Assembly (NCBI GenBank): GCA_963674965.2
Contig: CAXXFL010000006.1
Coordinates: 352,001-416,000 of the forward strand
DNA length: 64,000 nucleotides
Direction: 5' to 3'
Origin: a bacterium
Lineage (GTDB): Bacteria > RBG-13-61-14 > DATKZS01
Under the pieces are notes generated by a model, which saw only the letters and a program-made list of their open reading frames with translations, was not told the origin of the DNA and searched no databases. Both the position numbers and the translations under genes were made by a program. Below are positions 58,242 through 64,000 of this stretch, in pieces (within the stretch, counting starts at the first letter, position 1; the number at the start of each line of letters is the position of its first letter).

Positions 58242-59540
58242 CTATTCCGCCGCGTTCATGCCCGCCTTGGCGCCGGTGGCGATGGCCACCCCGGCTCCGG
58301 TCCCGTCCACCATGTAGTTGTAGCCGGAAAGAACGGCGCCCGCGGCGAAGAGGTTCTCGTAGGCCCTTTTGCCCGAGCGGTCCACCGGCCTTAAAAGCTC
58401 GTCAACCTTCACGCCCACCTCGAAGAGCGCGTGTCTGTCCGTCACCTTCAGGCCGGTCACGTTGCCCGAGAACTTTTGGCTGACGATCCGGTCGTTCAGG
58501 AAAAGGGGAAGCCCGAAAATGGTTTCCCTGAAGGCCCTGGTTTTTTCGAGGCCCCCTCCAATGTACTTGCCCGACGCCAGGACCCAGGACTCGGCCTCGA
58601 CGCTCTCGCGGCCGCCGACTTCCACGGAACGCGCGAAGCCGTCGCGCGACTCGAACCGAGTAACCTTGCCGCTTATGGTCCGGACGCCCTCCCTCGCGAG
58701 CCGGTCGGACAGGTGCGTGGCCAGCCTCTGGCCGGGCGCGGAGGGCGGCATGGCCAGTAGCTCGTAAACGGGCATGTTGATCCTTTCCCCGATGAACCAG
58801 GCGATGTTGGACCTGATTCCTGAGGGCAGGACCGGGGGAAGGATGATGGAGCGGACCCCCTGCGCCTGGGCGGCGGCCTCACTCACGGCCTCGACGAAGG
58901 AATCGGGATCGCGAGATATTTGCATCATAAAAGCCGTGGACGGCCTCTCACCCGTTCCCTTGAAGCGGACTTTTCCTAATCTCGGCTCGACCCGGTTACC
59001 GAGCTTGGAGGCGGAGTCCTGGGCCACCTTGGCCCACGCGGCCGCGTTGAACTGGCTGAGCCCATCGACGTCCAGAATAAGGGGAGACTCGAGCCCGTCG
59101 GACGAGGGCTGGGCCGCTCCCTGCGGGAATAAGGCGGTGAACTTCACCGTGCCGAACTGGGTGAAGCAGGGCTGATTATGGAACAGACCCCCCGCCAGCT
59201 TCAAAAGACCATCGCGAGGAAAGAGCACGGGAAGGGCCTCGTCGATTACGCTCATGACCGCGTTCTTGTTGCCCGCGGCCCGGGCGATAATTGAATATGG
59301 GTGCCCCGGATGGGTCAAGATGACCTTCTCGATGTTGAGGTCCACGTCGGTGCAGCGCTTGCCCGGACTCCCGATGGGAGGACAAGGGTCCCCCGCCACG
59401 TCCAGGGAACCGGACGACATGGACGTGGCCCCTCCCCCGGCCGCCACTATGGTTACCGAGGCCCCCGCCCGGCGGGCGAAAAGAGCGGCCGCCGCGCCCG
59501 CGAGTCCTCCTCCTATGACCGCGACTCGTTTGCCCTCCAT
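58242..59540 (-). CDS. glpB: Anaerobic glycerol-3-phosphate dehydrogenase subunit B
   Basis: VIGGGLAG, SSGSLD, PPSAPGQRL, LASG..IGGG, NLFAAG; coupled to glpA. Confidence 0.85.
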   Translation of the reverse strand: MEGKRVAVIGGGLAGAAAALFARRAGASVTIVAAGGGATSMSSGSLDVAGDPCPPIGSPGKRCTDVDLNIEKVILTHPGHPYSIIARAAGNKNAVMSVIDEALPVLFPRDGLLKLAGGLFHNQPCFTQFGTVKFTALFPQGAAQPSSDGLESPLILDVDGLSQFNAAAWAKVAQDSASKLGNRVEPRLGKVRFKGTGERPSTAFMMQISRDPDSFVEAVSEAAAQAQGVRSIILPPVLPSGIRSNIAWFIGERINMPVYELLAMPPSAPGQRLATHLSDRLAREGVRTISGKVTRFESRDGFARSVEVGGRESVEAESWVLASGKYIGGGLEKTRAFRETIFGLPLFLNDRIVSQKFSGNVTGLKVTDRHALFEVGVKVDELLRPVDRSGKRAYENLFAAGAVLSGYNYMVDGTGAGVAIATGAKAGMNAAE

Positions 59541-61183
59541 TAGTCGAACCCCTTGATGGCGGCCATCTTGGCCAGGTTGGCGGAGAGGAAATGGGAAGCC
59601 TGGTTGATCTCCTCCTGGTCGACCATCACGCCGCCCAGTATCGGCCGCTTTCCCCTCCATCTCCTTTGCAGGAAGCTGAGTAGTTGTTCCTGAATCTCGC
59701 GTCCCGAGAGTCCCATCTCCTCGGCTAAAACGGCCACGGCGCGGGAGGCGCAGGTGGCGGCCTGACACGGGCCGGCGCCCAGCCTGGTCCGGTTGCGAAG
59801 GTCGGTAAGGCTCACGGCCCATTCCTTGCGCATGGAGTAAACCAGCTCGCAGGCCAGTACGGGCTCGCACTCGCAAACGGTCCGCTTCAGGCCCGGGTTT
59901 TCGCGGGTCAGCTCGAGGACGTCCCTGGCTCGGGCGCCGTGACGGTAGATCATCCGGGAGACCGCGTAGCGGGAGACCCCATATTCACCGGCCAGCTCGG
60001 CCGCGTCCGGCGTTTCCTCCCCCCCGGGAAGCGGCACGACGTGGGTCTGGCACCTGGCCTCCACGCCCAGTTTCGAGCAGATCAGGTCGGAGGCTTCCTC
60101 GCTCATCATCCGGTAGCTGGCGAGCTTGCCGCCCGCTATGCTTACTATGCCGCTCATCCCCTCCAGTTTTTCATGGTCATACACCATGTGGTCCCGGGAG
60201 AGGGCGTCCTCGTTCTTGCCCCATCCGTAAAGGGTGGGACGGACGGCGGCCCAGGCCCGGATGATCCTGGCCTCCCTTATGCCCGGAAGCATCCTCTCGG
60301 CCCCCTCGAGGAGGTACTCGACCTCGTCCTCGGTGACCCGCAGGTCGTCGGGGTCGCCGTAATAATCGTCGTCCGTGGTCCCCAGTATGCTGGTGTTTTC
60401 ATGGGGCATGATAAAGCTGCCCCGGCCGTCGATCATCTCGAGGATCACGCTCATGTTGAGCAGCCGGCGGTCGAAGGTCAGGTGCACCCCTTTTCCCGGC
60501 CTGATCTTCACGTCGACCCCCGCCATTTTCGAGGTGCGGTTGAGCCAGGGGCCGGTCGCGTGCATCACGATCCGGGATAAAACGTCCCTCTCCGACCCGA
60601 AGCGGTCACGGGTCTTGACGCCGATCACGTTCCCTTTCTCGTCCTTGAGAAACTCGATTACCTCGACGTGGTTGTGGATATGGGCGCCGTGCTCGGAGGC
60701 GGAGAGGGCATTGGCGGCGCAAAGCCGCTGGGGGTCTATGCCCCACTCGTCCGTGGTAACGGCCCCCACGATGTCGCGGCTGATGGTGGGGACCAGCTCG
60801 ATCACCTGCTCCTTGGACAGCATGGTGTGGGGCTTGCCCCTTTTCTCGGGCGCGAACTTGTCGTAGACCTCGAAATAGGTCTCGAAAAAAGGCGCCGTGA
60901 ACTTATGGGGTATGGGCATAATGAAGGGTATGCGAAAGAGCATGTGGGGCGCTATCTTCTGGATGTAGCCCGAGTCCACGCAGGAGTGCCTGGTCGTGTC
61001 CACGTCGTAAAGAAGGTAGCGGAGCCCGCCGTGGATCATTCCCGAGCACCCGCCGGTGGCCCCGCTGGCCAGGTCTCTTTTCTCGAACAGGGCCACGTCG
61101 ACGCCGCGGATGGCCAGGTCCCGGGCTATACCCGTTCCGTTGACCCCTCCCCCGACGACGATCACGTCGTGACTTTCTTTCAC
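59540..61183 (-). CDS. glpA: Glycerol-3-phosphate dehydrogenase subunit A
   Basis: GGGVNG, GMIHGGLRY, GGKLASYR, C-terminal CECE...RTRLGAGPCQ. Confidence 0.88.
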   Translation of the reverse strand: MKESHDVIVVGGGVNGTGIARDLAIRGVDVALFEKRDLASGATGGCSGMIHGGLRYLLYDVDTTRHSCVDSGYIQKIAPHMLFRIPFIMPIPHKFTAPFFETYFEVYDKFAPEKRGKPHTMLSKEQVIELVPTISRDIVGAVTTDEWGIDPQRLCAANALSASEHGAHIHNHVEVIEFLKDEKGNVIGVKTRDRFGSERDVLSRIVMHATGPWLNRTSKMAGVDVKIRPGKGVHLTFDRRLLNMSVILEMIDGRGSFIMPHENTSILGTTDDDYYGDPDDLRVTEDEVEYLLEGAERMLPGIREARIIRAWAAVRPTLYGWGKNEDALSRDHMVYDHEKLEGMSGIVSIAGGKLASYRMMSEEASDLICSKLGVEARCQTHVVPLPGGEETPDAAELAGEYGVSRYAVSRMIYRHGARARDVLELTRENPGLKRTVCECEPVLACELVYSMRKEWAVSLTDLRNRTRLGAGPCQAATCASRAVAVLAEEMGLSGREIQEQLLSFLQRRWRGKRPILGGVMVDQEEINQASHFLSANLAKMAAIKGFD

Positions 61184-61210
61184 TTCACTCCTCCATAAAC
61201 AAAGGGAACG

Positions 61211-62854
61211 TTACCGCGGCTCCTCCGGTGGTTTTTCGCTTGGCGGACCCTCGTCTTCCTTATAGTATTGCCAGAGGCATTTGTAAACGACCATCCAGTT
61301 GCTCGCCACGATTTGAGTCTCCGGAAAGGACCTGTCGAAAAGGGGCACGAACACGGACCCATCGTCGGCCAATCCGGGGTAGGTTTTGGGAAAAAGCGCC
61401 AGGTAGTCCGGCTTTTTATCACTCAAGTAACCAAGCAAGGATTTGGACCTGGCCTCGGTCATGCCCTTGCCTTTTACGTAGGGCACCACCTCGGGCGTGA
61501 CCAGCCCGACGATATCTATCACCTTCCTATCAGTGTAAAACCCAATTGCCCCGATGTCCATGGTGGCGATGACCGAGTCCTCGCTCGTTATCTCGGACAA
61601 GCACGACGCGATGGCCACGTGCATCGAGTTTATCTCATCGGCGCAGTTGACGATTATCTTGGGCCATCGATAAAGCCCGTAAACGCCGGGCGCCACCATC
61701 AGGAGAGCGGCCGCCAGCGGAGCGTAACGCGCAACCAGTCCCGTTTTCGTTTCAGCTTCGCCGCCGGCTTCCGGCGACGGCGTCTTGAAATAGTTAACGG
61801 CCGTCTCGGCGAGTCTCGCCGCGAGGACCAGAAAAAAGGGCAGCACCGGAATCTGGTAGCGGCAGAAGTGGTAGGGCATGGGCGTCAGGATCATGGAGGC
61901 CGCGTAATGGCCGAAAGCCCAAAGTGCGACGGCCCCCTCCCCCGAGGTGAGATAACCGAGGCGCGTCTTGACCGTCAACCAGACCGAGCGAAAAAGAGCG
62001 GCGATGACGAGAATGGAGACGACGGGGTTGTCCATCCAGAAGTACCAGGTCGACCAGTAAAGGTAGCGGCCTCTCTCGCGCAAAAGGTCGTGCTGCTTGG
62101 CCACGTAGGTCGAGGGCATGGGATGGCCGGTGGTTACGAAAGCGAAAACAATATAGGGAAGGACCAGCGCGGCGTAGACGGCGAGCGCGGACCATGGAAT
62201 GGCCCTCATGAGCCGCGAGAGGATGGTCCCCTCATCTTTAATGGAGACGCGCGCCATGAAATGGAGAGTCGAAACGAGGAACAAGAGGTAGCCCTCCGGC
62301 CGGGCCAGCGTGGCCAGCCCGAGAAAGGCCCCCGTGGCCGCGCCCATTTTTCCCTTCTCCTCGTCCTTTACAAGGAGCAAAATGGAAACGGCCGAGAGGA
62401 CGGCGAACAGGTCGGTCTCCATGCCGCTCGATCCCGCCCAGAGGACGCGGCCGTTAAGGGCGACCAGTGCCGCGGCCGTCAGATCGAAGGGCTTTTTTAC
62501 GCCTATCCTCCTTGCCAGGACGAACGCCAGGGGAGGAACCGCCGCGTATGAAAGAGCGGAAAGCCAAAGCGAGGACTTGACCAGGAAACTCTTCGACCCA
62601 AAGCCGAAAACGGAAAGCAACAGTACCCAAAGAGGAGAAGTCGTCCCGGGCACGATCTCCCCCGGATTGAAGCAAAAACCCTCGCCCGACGCCAAGTTGC
62701 GGGCGAAGCGAAGATGGATATAGGTGTCGTCCAGGGTCGGGCTTATGCCCCCCAGCTTGAGCGCCTCGTAAATATAGACGGCGCATATCAGGACAAGAGC
62801 CAAAGCCGCGGCCAGGGCCAGCGACCAGGCGAAGTATTTTTTCTCCGAGTTCAA
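61211..62854 (-). CDS. GT-C fold membrane glycosyltransferase-like protein
   Basis: LDDTYIH..FARNL, GTTSPLW, SGMET, LARPEG, DIGAIGF...IDIVGL. Confidence 0.8.
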   Translation of the reverse strand: MNSEKKYFAWSLALAAALALVLICAVYIYEALKLGGISPTLDDTYIHLRFARNLASGEGFCFNPGEIVPGTTSPLWVLLLSVFGFGSKSFLVKSSLWLSALSYAAVPPLAFVLARRIGVKKPFDLTAAALVALNGRVLWAGSSGMETDLFAVLSAVSILLLVKDEEKGKMGAATGAFLGLATLARPEGYLLFLVSTLHFMARVSIKDEGTILSRLMRAIPWSALAVYAALVLPYIVFAFVTTGHPMPSTYVAKQHDLLRERGRYLYWSTWYFWMDNPVVSILVIAALFRSVWLTVKTRLGYLTSGEGAVALWAFGHYAASMILTPMPYHFCRYQIPVLPFFLVLAARLAETAVNYFKTPSPEAGGEAETKTGLVARYAPLAAALLMVAPGVYGLYRWPKIIVNCADEINSMHVAIASCLSEITSEDSVIATMDIGAIGFYTDRKVIDIVGLVTPEVVPYVKGKGMTEARSKSLLGYLSDKKPDYLALFPKTYPGLADDGSVFVPLFDRSFPETQIVASNWMVVYKCLWQYYKEDEGPPSEKPPEEPR

Positions 62855-62908
62855 AACGCGAATAATTATATCACAACTTCCTCACGCCGCCCTTTCACTC
62901 CTCCCGGC

Positions 62909-64000
62909 CTATGGGGCGGCCTGGCGCCTTAAAATAGTCCCGTTTTTCGCGCCCGTGTGCCTTCCGCCCTCGACGGTGACGACGCCGTTGACGAGGACCA
63001 TTTCTATTCCCTCGGGATATTCCTGCGTCTTCTCGAAGGTGGCCACGTCCCGAACGTTCTCGAAGTCGAAAAGAACCAGGTCCGCCTTGTACCCTTCCTT
63101 GAGAAAGCCCCGGCCCTCGAGACCCAGCTTGGCCGCTCCCATGCCGGTCATTTTATGGACCGCCTCCTCGAGGGACACGAGCTTCTCCTCCCTCGCGTAC
63201 TTGGAAAGGAAACGGGGGAAAGCCCCGAAACTCCGGGGGTGCTGGCCGCTCGCGGCCTTGCCCATCCCGTCCGACCCGATCATGACGATGGGAGAGGCCA
63301 GGGCCGCCTTGACGTCGTCCTCATCCATCATGAAGCTGATTATGGTGATATCGTGTCCCGTCTCGGCGATGATATCCATGCCCAGGTCCAGAACGTCGCC
63401 CTTGAATCCGCGCGCCTTCTTGACCTCTTTAAAGGTCTTGCCGTCATACTCGGGATGGCCGTACACGCCCACCACCAGGTTGCTCCCGCTCAAGACGTAC
63501 TTGACCAGGCCGATGGCGATGGAATCGGGCGCCAGCTTGAATATTCCCGTCTTGGGCAAAAAGCCCAGCATGCGCTCCTCGGCGAAGGCCTTGACCTCTT
63601 TCCTCGTTTCCTCGTCCTTAAGGCCGGCGATCGCGGCTTTGAAGTCGCCCGACTCGAAGACGGAGGGCGGCATCATGATGGCGGACAAGGAGGTCGAGCT
63701 GGCGACGTAAGGGTAGACGTCGCCGGTCACGTCCATGCCCCGGTCCCTGGCGGCCTGCATCTTGGCCAGCACCTCCGGGACTTTCCCGTAATTGGGCGAT
63801 CCCACGGCCTTGACGTGGCTTATCTGCACCGGGACCCCGGCCCGGTCTCCAATCTCGATGGCCTCGTCAACGGCGTCCAGGACGCCCGATCCCTCGTCGC
63901 GGATGTGACTGAAATAGGCTCCGCCGTAATCGCCCGCGACCTTCATAAGCTCGACCAACTCGTCCTCGTCCGAGTTATAGCCCGGCGGATAAGCCAGTCC
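62909..64000 (-). CDS. N-acyl-D-amino-acid deacylase (amidohydrolase), 5' end outside the window
   Basis: SHIRDEG, QISHVK, DVYPY, GSDG, HPRSFGAFPR, ADLVLFD. Confidence 0.9.
   Translation of the reverse strand, partial: GLAYPPGYNSDEDELVELMKVAGDYGGAYFSHIRDEGSGVLDAVDEAIEIGDRAGVPVQISHVKAVGSPNYGKVPEVLAKMQAARDRGMDVTGDVYPYVASSTSLSAIMMPPSVFESGDFKAAIAGLKDEETRKEVKAFAEERMLGFLPKTGIFKLAPDSIAIGLVKYVLSGSNLVVGVYGHPEYDGKTFKEVKKARGFKGDVLDLGMDIIAETGHDITIISFMMDEDDVKAALASPIVMIGSDGMGKAASGQHPRSFGAFPRFLSKYAREEKLVSLEEAVHKMTGMGAAKLGLEGRGFLKEGYKADLVLFDFENVRDVATFEKTQEYPEGIEMVLVNGVVTVEGGRHTGAKNGTILRRQAAP

Overview
The window has two halves. Bases 1 to ~30050 are the right-hand part of a lower-GC, mosaic genomic island integrated at the 3' end of the tmRNA gene (ssrA, 30050-30408, minus strand), next to a tyrosine integrase. 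The island carries four genes of a class I DISARM-type defence locus (drmMI-drmA-drmB-drmC; the MTase is cut by the window edge), a putative replication initiator with a DnaA-N-like C-terminus, an IS3-family element with a 3-bp target duplication, a large serine recombinase, an XRE / degenerate RuvC-like / frameshifted replication-relaxation operon, a DUF932 / Cas4-like nuclease / SSB-like operon behind a strongly hairpin-forming spacer, an AT-rich two-gene orphan cassette, a SprT-like protease, small membrane proteins with a VirD4-like ATPase fused to a nuclease-like domain, and a radical-SAM plus adenine-MTase pair. Bases ~30400-64000 are GC-rich host chromosome with a deltaproteobacterial/myxobacterial look: envelope glycosyltransferases, AsmA, dusB, transaldolase, speDE, kdsB-pyrG-kdsA-kdsD, glpAB, GH31/GH35 and two inverted copies of a ~150-bp REPIN-like repeat. 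No CRISPR array, rRNA or true tRNA was seen. All family calls come from motif recognition by eye, not database searches.
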